64,000 nucleotides of DNA from Raillietiella orientalis (taxonomy: Eukaryota). Made by a program: the position numbers and the translations under genes. Numbering within the stretch: the stretch's first letter is position 1; each line of letters opens with the position of its first letter. The stretch covers positions 1,612,001 to 1,676,000 of the forward strand of contig JAYWIR010000014.1 in the NCBI GenBank assembly GCA_036172245.1, in the 5' to 3' direction. Positions 27,901 to 41,285 of this stretch are shown here, one piece after another. The notes beneath the pieces are model-generated. The model searched no databases. It worked only from the letters and a program-made list of their open reading frames with translations, and had not been told where the DNA came from.

Positions 27901-30900
27901 GGAGGAGACAAAAGGTCATTCAGCATATCCAGCCTGCCTTTCAACCCGCTCAGAATTCCAATCTTTGTGATTCCAAGAGACGCAGACCTACCGCCCTCAC
28001 TCCGTGGGTCTGCCTGCCTGGCATTTCTTTTGTCTCTGCTCTGTTCCGGAAGCGCTGTGTTGGCCATTGGCTGGTCTCGGCTCATCTCCGTTGCTACGCA
28101 CTCGATAGCTCAATTCCGGCACTCCCTCGCAACTCGAGGGGACGTTAACACGAGCTCGCGGACTGGGCTGAGAACCCGTCGGGACGTTCTTGCGCTGCAG
28201 CCGGTCTCGCCTGTTGTCGTTGGCTCCACTGTCGCCCTCACCTGAGAACGCTCCCCCACCTCCCGCTTTCTCTTGAACGATACTTGCTGACATGACCTGA
28301 TCGGGTTCAGCCACGAAGTCTGTCCCGCTTCTTCTTGGCGCGCTCCGCGTGCTGCCTACCCTTCCTGACAAGTTCGTCCTTTGGCCTTAGCAAAAGGATG
28401 CGAGTCATCCGTCCAGGGGCGCTCGTCGCCTCAGGAATGAGTGTTCTCCAGCCAAATGAGGCCCGTCCATGCCTCGACAGAAGAAAAAAAAAAATAATGT
28501 TCCAGAAACATCAGAATCCGACTGGTGGTGAAGAATGGACCTTTCCAGAAAATAAAGTGACTATCAAGCATCCGTTTGGACGAATCCCTCTTCTGCAGGA
28601 TGACCCGAAAGCATCCCAGCCGTGTAGTGAAACTATTTGCGACAGAAGGAAAACATCAGCATTAACAGTAACCACAACACTATCTGCAGCAATTACTCCG
28701 TGCCTTCCTGGGTATCCTTTGACTTCCTGGAAAAGGTCTATTCACGCCCATTCTCTTGCAAGGTCACAAGCAAGGATGCAGCCAAGTCGGAGGTCCAGCT
28801 ACAATATGCAAAGACGCCAGCAACCCAGGCCGTAGACTGTCTGAGGATGCTCGCTGGTGCCTCTGCTCCGTCTGTGTCCCCACGCTCACAGATGCAGACG
28901 CGCCCGACGATGCAGGAGTGCTTCACAATCATTGCTTCGTGAGGCTCTCCCGAGGAGAGTGCGACGTCGCACGAGCCGGTGGGGGGGTGGGGGGGCTTTA
29001 GTCCGAATGATCAAATTTGGGAAAAAGGCGGAGACGCTCCTGTAACATCCTCCAGTAATAAGCGAGGGTAAGGTGCCGAGGTTAACTTCCCCTCCCAGCC
29101 CGCAAACACCTCTTTGTGCATCCCGTTTTTCCTTCTCTGTAATTTGTCTCTCTCTTTTTCGTAGCTTCCTCCTTTCGCTTAACTTCAGGGGCTTCGGTTC
29201 AAGTTCCCGCGATTCGAGTGGCGCCCTTGCCCGCAGGCAGAATTGGCCAGGTTGATCATTGCCCCGTTGCCATTGCGAGAGGTCGCTCTCACCGAGAGGA
29301 TCCGAGGAGGTTCCTCGGTCTGCGCTACGGATGATGTCGCACTTCCTACTTGAACACCCCGACGACTTCCCTCCGCAGCAAACCCCCAGCAGCCACTGAG
29401 GAGATCCGCCCTTCCTCCAGTGTGGAGGCGGAAGATGCGCCACCCTCTCTGGTGACATCCGCGGATGAGTGGGAAAGGGTGGTGCATCCCGCGAGCACCC
29501 GGAGAGAGAGATGCCAACAGAACGTGCAGCTCCCTCCCTTCGGGGACTGCTGCTTCGCTCTGAAAGGAAGCAGCAGCCACCTTCCATAGGACGTCCTGCC
29601 GTTTGCGAGGAAGGGTGGCGAGCGGTAGGAAGAGGAGAGGTGGCTCCGGCCGTGAAGCTGATGAGACGTCCCTGTGGAGCTTCTCTGGCAGTCGGGGCCT
29701 TGCTCAGGCGGCGTCATGGAGTACGCCTTGCGGGGGAAGCGGCGAGGACAGAAAAGAAAGCGAGGCTGAGATGACCCCAGCACATGCGCGCGCTCCCTCC
29801 GAAGGCGGTTTTTCTTAGTCACGTGACCGGCTCAGAGAAGATCCGGGGCCTTGTTCCCATTCTTCGACCCGTCCGTTCGTCGCCTTGACCAGCTGCGTGC
29901 CGTCCGCAGGAGCGGGGGCTTCTCTACGGGGACAGTCGTGACCTCGATCGGATCCGTTCCCATGACCACGGACGCGGCATCCGCTTTCCGCTGCCGGCGA
30001 AGAACGGTAGCGATACGGCCTCCGACATGGGAGCGTTCCCGATCGAGAACACCTCCCCCTCCCAGCGTGCCTTCCGTTTTCCTCCTCCTCTTCTCTTGTC
30101 ATCCGGTGCCAACCTGCGATCCATCCTCTTCCTCGCCCTGTCCAATCCGTCGTGGCCTCCGACAGATACCCTCCCTCCAGCACGACCGACCTGACCCGCC
30201 GGGAGAAGGCGGCAGTGTCCATCATTCCTCTGGCCGTATCTCAGCAGAAGGTGAAACGAAAAGATGAACCCGATGGTCTCGTTGCACCCTCCTCTTCCTC
30301 AGTCCGCGACTCCTCTTCCCTCCCCCTCCCCCACCTGCCTGCCCGTCTTTCTTCCTTGCAGTCGAGCAGACCCCGTCGAGAGAGGCCCGGGCTTTGCCGC
30401 TTGCCTTAGCGGACGCTGCCGCTGCAGCCGCCGTCCTCCTTTCTCACCTCCTCCTCCTCCTCCCGACGTTCCTCCGAGCTCTCTCTCTCCGCCGCCGCAT
30501 TTTTGTCGCGCGCGCGCGAGGGAACGAGAGAGCGAAATCCGCCTTTTTTTTTCCCCGCCTCCTGAGAGCTCCGCGGGAGGCTACGAGTGAAACCTACTGC
30601 GTCCACGTGGTGGCGCCAGTGTGCGAACGGAGCGCCTCCAGGGAAAGCGAGTGGGAGGGGAGGGAGTCGGAGGTGCGGGCGAAGAAAGCACGTGCGACGT
30701 CGCTCGCCCTCCCGCCTGCCCTCTTCGGCCGGACGGCCAGCTGACCGCCGCTCATTATAGGTTCAACACCGCACCAACCCCCAGGAGCGCCGTTTGAAAA
30801 AAAAAAAGTAGGGACAGGTCGCTCCCCCCAGAGGATTAGCGCGACTACAAGGCCTGTGTGCGCGCATGCAAACGCGTAGCGGAGAGGCAACGTGGAAGCG

Positions 30901-33751
30901 CATGCGCTGGTCTCCGCAAGTGGTGGTCCTGAGTGTACGCAGGCGTTCACTCGCGGAGGTGATGTGGGGGAACAAGAAGGAGGTATGAGGGGGGGGAGAG
31001 AGGGTTTGCTCGTTCCTGATCTTCCATGTGTCCCGCTGCCAGCGGGAACCCAGGAAGGGACCGTCCGCGCACACGCGTCGCTCTTTCGCTCTTCCCTGCT
31101 GCTGCTGCTCTGATAGGTCCTCTTCGGTCGCGGCGCTCTTTTTATGGCCGAGAACGCTGCGCTTCTTCTGTTTCCATCTCACCTCCCCCTCTCCCCTCTC
31201 GAGCCTGTGCGCAGGGCAGGAGACTTGCGACGATTCCGGCAAGCGGACGGGGACGAGCGAAGGGATTTCGAAAGCAGGCGGAAGTGGGGAGGCGGGGGAG
31301 CGCTGCTCCCAATCAGATACGCCCCTCCCCTTCTCACTCTCTCTCCCCGTCTCCCGCACGCTGGACCGGACAGCTGAGAAAGATGGGGACGACTGTGTCT
31401 CGCTCCCAGAGTTTTGAACTTGAACTTGGCGTCGCGAGAGGAAGCTGGGGAGGAGGGGCAGAGGGGAGGGGGAAGGAAGGCAAAAATCAGTTTCCTTCCT
31501 CCCCTCCCCACACACACGAGCGCCAAACGGGGGCGCGCCGTTCGCGAGAACATCGCGCAGCATCTCGGTACACCACGTCCTCCCTCGCGCGATTACGAAG
31601 ACGCTGTTCTTCTAGGTATCTTTTGCTCCTCCTCTTCCTTTTCTTCGCCTTCCTTCTCCCCTTTTCTCTTTGTCCGGGAGATCTCAAAACCTTCGGAAGC
31701 CGCCGTCTGCTGGAACAGGTCTCCAGGGTGCGCCGCCACGAAACGCGACCCACTCGGAAAGAGGAACCTCCAAAAACGATATCCCGCACAAGAGGAGTCC
31801 TGGGATCATCAAGGGCGCGAGGCACTCCTGATCCCCTCTCTCGCTTGTCTCTCTTTCCTTTTCCCTTTATGGGGCCAGGATAAAAAAAGGAATCCCCTCC
31901 TTCCCAGATGCAGGGGAGTGGATATGGTGGGGATGGGAAAGGACTCGCATGGAGTTCCCGAAGGAGTGGACTACGAATCCCAAACTCCCTTCTGCACTCT
32001 GGGAGTGCGGCTTTCTGGAAGTTGCCGCCCATCCCCACTTCGCTTCTTCCTGGAACCTTCCGTGGCACGAGGAATGGCGCTCACGCAGCCAACAACCGGA
32101 TATCCCCGCAGCTTCCAGAGAGAGGTGTGGAGGAGGGCAGGGGGAGGACGCCCTTGACTTACAGTACGGCTCGGGTTGGGAAACTCCAGGCTCATTTGGC
32201 TCGTCACCTGCAGCGGGGTGGTCGCATTCACCCCACCTCATCCATCCTACCGTTTGGTGGACTCCCATGACCACTCGGAGTCCGATGGGACCATGCCGCC
32301 GATGGGGAGTGTCGCGGCGCTTCTCCTCCGCCGAGAGAGGCGCCACCACACTTCCGGCGTCTCTCGGAGGCGGTGGGGACGAAGTCCCAACCGGAACCGC
32401 CCTCACCTCCCGGGAAGGACTACCATAGCGATCCGGTCCGGTGAACCGGACGTCCAGGAAGGCGCCTACCGGATCTACCGGAGGGTTCAGGCAATCGGGA
32501 TCGGGATGATCGAGAGGGAAGGAGGTTCCCCGACTCGGTCCGGAAGGAGGAGAGGGACGTTCCCTTTCCTTTCCCCACTTGGACAGAAAACTTCCCGGAG
32601 GGACCACCGGCAAGAGGACCTCCCGGAGGCCTCGAGTTGAGCAGTCAAGGGAAGCTCACGCGTCCCCAGGGACTCCCTTCATCCCAGCCCAAGAGGATTC
32701 TGGAACGGATGGCGTTCGCTCCCTTCCAGTCTCCCTCAGAGACGTCGTGGGTTGCAATCCCTCCCAAGAGCGGCTCTCGAGTCACCCTTCCCTTGTCCCT
32801 CGGCCAGCCCGCTGCCCTTCATCTCTCGAGGTTATTATGCGGCCGCCGCATGTTGCCATGGAGGTGGCAAGGCGTCCGGCGTGGAGGCACTTCCGCTCTC
32901 TTTGCTCGCCTCCTTCATTTTGTTTTTCGTCCTTTATTTTGTTTTGTTGTTATGGAGCCGTTTTGTTATGTCTTCATCTTCCTGCGGTGCCGCAAAGAAG
33001 AGGATAAAGAAGCAAAGATCATCCTCTTACCTTTGGACCGGCGGGAGAGCGTTTTCCGCAGAGACGCGTGCCCGTCGCCGCCGAGCTCGCCAGAGACAAG
33101 AGCGCCGGGCGAGCCGGTCCGTCACGCACTCTGGCAAGTGCGCCCGGGGAGGGAGGTGCAAAGAGATCCCCTAAGCAGCCATCTCCAGGCAGCGAAGCCC
33201 ACGACGTGCCCTTCGACTAGGAGGTCTGCGCTCTTCGATCTAGGAGAAGGAACAGCGCGCAACCTCCTGGTCCACTGCCGACCAGGCTGCAGACCCAGCG
33301 ACCTCGGGCTTGCAGCCCCCTTCTCGCTGTCCCACATCCCTGGATGAGAACGAAAAGTCCCCCTGAGAGAGGTAGAGGCCGGTCCTCTCCCCCCCTCGCA
33401 CGCCCCTGTGAATGTAGGCCAACGGCGGCGCCGACGCCGCCCGTCTAACTGCGCAGGCCGGAGCGGGGAAGGGAGGGAGGAAGGGTAGGGGGCGGGAATG
33501 CCGCGAGAGACGCTGGTAAAAGTGAAAGATTGCTCAACAGAGGCGGGCGACCTTCGAGGTTTGGAAACGCGCGGCTGGCCGGCCGGCTGCCGCTGTTGGC
33601 GGCCCAGCGGAGGCCACGTGACAGAGGCCGAGCGGTGGCAGCCGGGAATTCCGACCGGCGACGGCAGGTCGCGCGCGCTGTGCCTCGCTAACGGTGTCGC
33701 GGGAGAGTCTCGCGAGGAGGGGGAGCACAGACGGGAGAAGAGCGCCGCTCC

Positions 33752-33775
33752 GCGCACGCACGCGCGTGCGTGCGC
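33752..33775. repeat. Perfect 24-bp palindrome of alternating purine/pyrimidine
   Basis: gcgcacgcacgc|gcgtgcgtgcgc is self-complementary. Confidence 0.9.
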
Positions 33776-36109
33776 ACGAGTCGCGACGTCTGCCACCGCG
33801 AGGTGCAACGCGTGCCCCCGGCGAAGCACAGAACTGCGACGCTGGGCGGAGTACGGAAGAAACTGCGACGCCGCCGCCGTCCCTTCGGCGACGACCGCGC
33901 AGGCGAAGGGCGCTATGGCGTCACTTCTAACGTCATCGCAGATGCGCCCTCGAGGAAGGCCCGCCCGCTGTCTGGTCGCGTGACGTGCACGCTCGCAGCG
34001 GCTGTCGCCGCTGCCGCCTACCGTGCCAGGAGTCGCTCGGCGCCACCTGGTTGCGGCTGTCGCTTGCTTATGCCGCCGGGCTGCCGTCTTGGAAGGGGAG
34101 AGAAGAAAGGGGAAGGGGACTCCCTCCTGCGTGGCACTCCGCACATCTCCTGGCGGCGAGTTATCGAAGGCAGCCCAGGCGGTGTGCATGCAGCGATGGC
34201 AGCGCCGCCCCGTCGCGAGATGGGTGAAACTAGAGGCAATCACAAGCTTCATTTGGCGATGATGAGGTTGGGTGCTTGGACAGGAGACCCCAGTTCCCAC
34301 CTGGGGTCCGCACGCCTCCCAGTGGTGCCGACGAGAAGCGTTAGCCAGGCATCCTCTGGGCCTGCAGCCCTTGGGAATCCGGTGCCTCGCAGGAAGCGGA
34401 TCCCCCCTTCCAGGAGGGCACAGGAAGTTCTGCTCCTCCCAGCCAGCCACACCTCGCCTCGGAGTTGCCGACGCTGCTCGCCCTCGCCGAGAGACCCCCG
34501 GCTCGTCTCCGCACCTGTCGAGGGAACGCGGAAGCTCGCGCCCTCCGCCCTTCCCCGTCTACCTGGACCACGCGCCAGGAGGACGAGGAAAGGGCGGAGC
34601 CGAAATCCGAGGTAGCGCGTCCCGACCAGTAGGTCAAGAACGGCAGGACGGCCTTGACCATTTGGTCTTTCCGACACAGGTCGCGCGCGCATGCGCTCGC
34701 CGCCATAGCCCAGGAAAGGGTGGCGTCGATGCCGCGGGGCCGGCCGAGAGAGTAGATGGCTCCGAGGCGGGAGCCTCTCGCCCCCCAACGGCACAGAGCA
34801 CGGGGCGCAGCTGTTCCCGTCTCTTTCTCCAGAAGGATCCTCGTCCTCCTGTAGTCGCTTGCCTTGTTGCCTCAGGCGATTGCCGCGACTTGCCCGTCAA
34901 CTTCCCTCCCTCGCACGGGACGTGATCGACGAGAAGCGGGGAAGGGGGGGGGGATGCCACAGTCAAGCGACTCTCGTGCCTTCGCCTTCAGGTCGGTTTC
35001 GGAAAGCCTAAAGAAGGTGCTCGCCTCCGACTGAGAGGAAAGGAAAGGGATGGGTGTGGTCCGTGGTCGGGAAGAGAAGCGACCGGGGTGCGCTCACGAG
35101 CTGGTGTCGCTCCCACAGAGATCTCTCCTCTCTTTCTCTCCTTCCCCATGCACGCACACACACTGCTGCGACTTCCTGCCTTGCCGCCCGGCTCACTCCC
35201 CGCCTCAAAAAGCGCATAGAGCGCGCGGGTGCCAGCAGTGGCATCTAGCGGATGGGCGAGAAATCTTGATGCGCTCGCCCTCCTTCCTTCATTTCCGTTA
35301 GATACCCTCCCGCGAGATGCAAAGTTGCCCCGAATCCTCTCGTTTGCTTTTCGTTGCTGCTTTCCCCTCCTTTTCCCTCTCCCCTTCCTTTCTTCTCGCA
35401 GTCCCCCTTCGCGTCTCCCGCCGCCCCACCTAAACGCGGAAGGCAATCGCACACAGCCGCGGAGAGGGAGGGCTGGTTCCTCACTCGCATTCCCGTGAGC
35501 AAGGGGATTCGAAGCGAAGCGCCTCCCTCCATGCACTCGTGCTCAGGACAGGAGGGAAAACGGGAGCAGGTGCGCGCTTGTCACCCTGTGGGAAGAGGCG
35601 TCTGCAAAGCGGCCAGAGTGCTCCTTGGCTTTCGAAGCTGTAACTAGTCCCCGGAGTTCACCGGCGCGCTGCCTTCGCCCCTTCCCCTTTGCCTCCTTTT
35701 TAAAGCCACTCAGGAGGAGGAGGAGAATCAGCAAGGGGTTCAGGGAGCAATTGCGTGCTGCCCGCTGCCGCCGTCTCCTCGGCTGGAAGTGAGGGCGGCG
35801 ACATATAAAATGAAAAAAAAAAAAAGGCGAAATGGGAGAGGGATGGCTGCAGGGGACGCAGAGAAGACGAAGTAGCGTTGATTGATGACAGCGATGTCTG
35901 CCGTATCTTGTCTCTCCCCATCGGCTTCCAGCTGCACGTGCGTGAGCTCGCACGCCCCTGCGGCTCGTTGGCAGCCAGTCACACCTCCAGGCTTGTGCGC
36001 GCGCGCACGCAGATATTGCCGCTGGGGCTTCCCGCCGATCCTCCTCCACTCCAACCCCCCGCCACCGCTGCCGCCGCCGTCTTCCCAGCCTTCCTTCCCG
36101 CCTGTCTGC

Positions 36110-36450
36110 CCGCCTGCGAGCCGGCGGCGGCGGAAGGGGCCGGAAGCGACGGCGGACGACAGGCTCGAGGGAAGCCCCGGAAGGACGAACTCGGATCGCC
36201 TCGACCGCTCGCGCCCTTCCTCCCCCTCGTCGTCTGATGATAGCGCGCGCTCGGTGGGATCGAGGCGGGCGAGGAGAGGAGGCAGCCGCAGACGCACCTG
36301 ATACTCCGGCGGTCCTCTCGTCCACCACCCCGCCCCGAGGATGAGGGACGGAGGTGGAGTTAGGGGAGAAAGGGGGGGGGCGACTCAGCGATGGCTGCGC
36401 CGCTCTTGGGGCTTCCGGGTTGGAGTGGGAGTGGAAGGAACCAGAAGACA
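36110..36450 (+). repeat. Copy 1 of a diverged direct duplication (partner about 40953-41285)
   Basis: Both copies share ctcggatcgcctcgaccgctcgcgcccttcctccccctcgtc exactly, with continuing gapped similarity through gaggagaggaggc..ccccgagga..gctcttggggcttccg..gaaggaaccaga. Boundaries are approximate. Confidence 0.88.
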
Positions 36451-39400
36451 CGTTCCCTCTTCTTTGTCCCCTTCGCTCCCCTTGGAGACTCTGCAAGCAG
36501 GAGGAACGAAGGAAGGTCTCCGCCCCGCCCACCGATCCCCAGCTGACTGGAAGAACGGAACACGCGAGTTTCTGGCTCCCCCCTTCCGGGCTAGCGTGTG
36601 CTGGTCGCCTCGCTAACACTTCCTCCTCCTGCTCCTCTCCCATCCCACCCGTTCGGCTCCTCATACCCGCCCCGGCATCCTTAGAGAACTCGGAGTTTGC
36701 GGGCAGGGGAACCCAGAAGAGGGTCCTTAGTAGGAGGGAGCTGCCTCAGCGACCTCTTTTCCGAGGACTTCCTGTTAGACGGGAGACAGCAGCAGAAGAC
36801 AAAGGACCAGGTGGGAGAGCACAGCGGAGGCAGGGAGAGGAGGAAATCAGGAGTTCCCCATGGAGTGGGGAGGGAAATCGGGAGAAGCCGCGAGTCCCCG
36901 GATGCATCCCGCATGGGACCAAGGGTGTACCTTTGGGAGTGGCGCCTCTGAGCTGAAGAGGAAGCTGGCCGAAGCATGCTGGAAATCCTGGAGTCTCCCC
37001 GAAGGAGGAAAAGGAGCCGAATGCTCCGTGGGTTTCCTCCTCTTCCTCCTCTCCCTTCTATTGCTCTTCACAGGAGCATTCGAAATCGAAAGACTTCACA
37101 GGAGGGAGGGAAGAGAGCTGAGGCTGGAGGACGAGGCACGAAGGCAAAATAGGGATTGAGGAGGAGAGGAATCCGGAACAGCCGAGGAGTCTGGCAGGGT
37201 TCAAGCATCCCTCCAAGTCTGCGGCTCATCCAGACACCCTTGAAACTCCCTGCCACTGAATAGGGTCAGGGAGGGTATGTCAAGCGGGGAAGCGCAGGGG
37301 AGGAAGCGACCTCAGTCACGAATGCTGGTCCGGGAAGTGAGGTCAGGGCAAGAGGAAGCGTGGGAGGATTAGAGAGGAAGCCTAGGTCCTCCCCATTCGC
37401 GGATGCGCTGTCGAAACTTCCACGGGATGGAGGAACACAGGAAAATTCTTCCTGGAAAATCCGCGAGGAACTTACCCTTTTGGTGTTTGTATATCGTTGA
37501 TTTGATTATTTAGGAGTAATTAATTTTCTTAATAAAGAGTAATTAAAAGTTTTAATCAAGATGCAGCATGGAAAGGAATATTAGTGAGCTATAAACAAGG
37601 AAGAAGCTGCGGTCGAAAGGAAGCACGTCTTTCGCAACCATTGTATAACACTCGGACCACTCGGATTCCCGTCCTTCACTTGTGCTTTCCGAGGGAGGAA
37701 AGAAGCCTTCCGAGTCCCCAGAAGCAAGGAGAGCGGAGTCTCGCCAGCACGCACTGAGTTTTGCCGCAGCCCCGCCACCGGGCTGGACGGCTCTGCAGTG
37801 GATGGTCCGACCTCCCCTCTGTGGGTCCCTAGAGCTTAGAATGCTCCAGAGACCCACAGAGGGAAGCAGCCTACGCGCTCCCGGCAGTCTCGTAGCCCTA
37901 GGAAGGGTTCCCGGGACACCAGCAAGACAGGGGATTATCTCCCTTCCACAGTGAGTTTGCCTACTCCCGGCAAGGAGGTCGAATTCATTGAGTAGGATTG
38001 GCTGGGAATCTGGCTCGCATCCTCGCCACCCCTGGGATTCCAGACGCTGCCGAAAACTGCTTCCTTGCCCGGAGCAGCAGGTGGGAGAAGTGCGTTCGTC
38101 GCCTGACAGCCCAGGAGGTGGTGGATAGCAAAGATGGCCTCCACATATTCACGGCTTCCCTGTTGACTCCTGGGTTTCCCCGACCGGTTCAGTCCAATCC
38201 TTCGCGTTCACAACCGGACTCTGGCTGCTTCCCTCTTTCTCCGGACTTCCTTTGATCGCCTCTACCCTCGAATGTGCTCTGAGCATTTTTCCTCCTCTCC
38301 TTTTTCACCTTCCCCTCCGTCCCTTCCCTCCTCCATTCGTCTTTTTTTGTCCGTCTCCTCACGTCATCTCCCTTCCGCGACACTGCATTGGCCATTGATG
38401 GGCGTTCTCTCCAAGAATATCCCAGTGACCTCAAGGAGGAGAGATCCCGGAAGCTCTGCGGCGTTCCTGCGTCCGCCGGACGGAGGTCTCCTGAAACCGA
38501 CAGTCAATCCGTTTCTGCTGTCCGATGGAAATGAGCGACCTCTCTGGGGTGAGTCTTCCGGAGTGAAGAGGGAGGCAGCTCTTGCTGGAGCAGCACTCGT
38601 AGGGAGTTGCCAGGGGGAGTAGGGGGTGCGGGACGCTCTGACCTCCTGTCTCCACTGCGCAGTGGAGCGGCGAAGGAGCTGGCGATCTTCCTCGTTTTCC
38701 TTGCCGCGCCGGTCTCACCGTTCCCTGAGAGCTGCCTTAGAACGGAACTTTCCTCTCTCCTTTGCACGGCATTCCCCTTCCCCTCCTTCCCAGAGCCTGA
38801 GACGGGCGTCCCCCTCGTCTTCCTGGAAAAGAGGTTCACTGGGAGCCTCCCATCGATCCTCCCGGGTGATCTCCCCGGAGACGCGATCCTCACCCACAGA
38901 AGGGGAAACTCTTTTATCTGGCACCCTGGGAGCTTGGGAACAGAGGCGCTTCCCTGAGGGAAGAGCTGGCTCAGGCACCACTCGTGCCCGAGACCTCTTC
39001 CGGGAGAAAATGCACCCGCTAACGCTTCAAGAAGCATCCGTCCAGAGGCTGCTTCCGGAGGAACTCTTCGCGTCTCCCTTCCTCTGCCCGCTCGTGAGAA
39101 CAGGGCCGCGTCCTGGGAACAGCGGAAGTGCAGAGGTACGTAGGTAGAATGTCAGGTTCAAGGGGAACCACCGGAGGTAGGAGGAGGGTCTCGCAGATCC
39201 TAGTTCGGGATGTTGCTCTGGTGCCGGGGGGAACCGCTGCCGCCTCGGGGTCGGCGACAGGGCGCCCGAAGGGTGAGCGAGGAGGGAGGGGAGCTTCTGA
39301 CACGCCGAGCTGATTCTCTGAGGGTGATCAACCCACCAGCCCAGATGGCCTGCTTCCTTGCTCGAGGCTATGGTGCAAACCGGTTGCAGACTGACGAGAG

Positions 39401-40952
39401 CCAGAGGTCCCGTTTCCGGAGGGGGAAGGCGTCGCAAAGGCATTCCGACCTCTTCGGCCATGTCGGTGGATCTCTACAAAGCTCCCTGGCGGCAGCGCAT
39501 CGGAACGTTGCTTCCGAGATCCCTCCTCCTGAAGCGACGCCACGCAGGGGTACTGGAGCAGAACGTGAAGTATCCATGGCAGCGAAAGAGAGGACAAGGG
39601 GGAGGGGGGAGTTGGAGGTGAGCGCGTCGTGTTTCGCAGACGACGGAATCTGCGCCAGCTCAGTGAAAAGCGGGTGCGGCCGACTGTGTACATCCACCGG
39701 TATCTACCTGACCCATAGACCTCCGCGAGTGGTGCGCGAGCTGCAGCTGCGCGTCGTTGGGGTGCGGGACCCCCCGAGAGCAGAACCCCTCTGGAACGCT
39801 TGCCGCTTCAAAAGCTTCCAACAAGATGCCATTCACCCATTGCAATGTACCACTTGGTCGGGGCATGTGCCATTACCAATCAGACACTACTTAATTAAAC
39901 GCATTCCAATGGCTCCCTGCGCAGACATAATCACAATCAGGACAATTACGATCACGTCCCCGGGAAGGGGAATTGAAGCGCACTTCCGCCCACGAAGGCA
40001 CACGCGAAGGAGGCGGCGGAAGCCCACGACAATAAAGCCGCAGGATTAGCGCGGAATGATCCATAAATACAGTTACAATTTTCTCGAAGGATGCGTGGTT
40101 GTTTCACAATATGTCAGCAATAAGCGTAGGAAAAAATCATTATAATTTGCATAACTTACCGTGTAGCAAGAGAAGAATGTGACAGTGATTCAGTTTACCG
40201 TGTTCAACGGTTTCGTACGTGTACTGTACAAGTGCGAAGAGAGAGAGAGAGTTGTGAGATCACTGAGGGGAGCAGATGAAAAACCGAACACATTCAGCAA
40301 ATAGGGTTCACGGGAAATCGGTCAGCGTTTTTTTTTTCCTCTCTCGCTTTCTTGGCAACGGAGTTGGTTCCACCGCGTCAGGGAAACAGCGGGAAGTTGC
40401 CTTCTAAAAGAATGGAAACATTGCTTTATGTTCCCAAATCTTAGAGAGGAAATCTTCCTGTTCCAGTGAATCATTTGTTGGACCCAAACCAGAACTCTTT
40501 TAGTGTACTTTCATCATGCAGCAAATAACTTTGGGTAAAAAAAAAGAAAAAGAAAAAAGGTTCCTGATGCTTTGCTCTTCGTATTTAGATGTTTTCATCT
40601 TTTTCCTAAAGCTCAGGTGTTCGTTCTATACGTAACACTACCGCATGGCATGCGCACAAACTGCGAATGAGAATAAGATACCATGGGATATCCGTATGGC
40701 ACCTGGACTCAGCACGGCAACCGCGGTTTCATACCAAAGGCGGCACTCCAGATGTGGGCTCACTTCACGAGCACCACAAGCACAGGACGAGTGACGTGGG
40801 TTCCCGTAGCCGCGTATCGCCGCTCCTGGACGGCAAGGATCCATTTCATAAAAGTTTGGACCGGATGAGTCATCAGGAAGTCGGGATCCGTCCCCTGCGA
40901 CCTCGAGCTTCAAGCCGGATCCACACAAAAGTGGGAGATGCACCTGCTGCTC

Positions 40953-41285
40953 CGCCTTCGAGCGTCAGCGGAGGTGGCGAATGACGGGCGCAAAGGAAGG
41001 TCCGGAACGAGTCCTCGGATCGCCTCGACCGCTCGCGCCCTTCCTCCCCCTCGTCTTCTGAAGACAGCGAGCACGCTCGATGGGATCGAGGCCCGGCGAG
41101 GAGAGGAGGCTGCCGCAGATGCACCGGCTACTCCAGCGGTCCTCCCGTCCACCAACCTGCCCCGAGGACGAGGGACAGAGTTCGAGTTGGGGGAGAGAAG
41201 GGCGACGACTCGGCTTCCGAGCTCTTGGGGCTTCCGAGCTGCCAGGGATCTTTGGGGATCGAAAGAAGGAACCAGAGATGCGCAT
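40953..41285 (+). repeat. Copy 2 of a diverged direct duplication (partner about 36110-36450)
   Basis: Same alignment as copy 1, about 4.8 kb downstream and in the same orientation. Confidence 0.88.

Noticed and set aside
36234..36256. CTGATGA (CTGAAGA in the duplicate near 41058) followed by a short stem, as in hammerheads
   Set aside because: The required GAAA after stem II is absent in both copies.
33122..36664. Long ORFs of 442 aa (33122..34450-), 281 aa (33770..34615+) and 373 aa (35543..36664-)
   Set aside because: They lie in very GC-rich DNA where stops are rare, overlap ORFs in other frames, and have R/A/G/P/S-biased composition with no recognisable domain.
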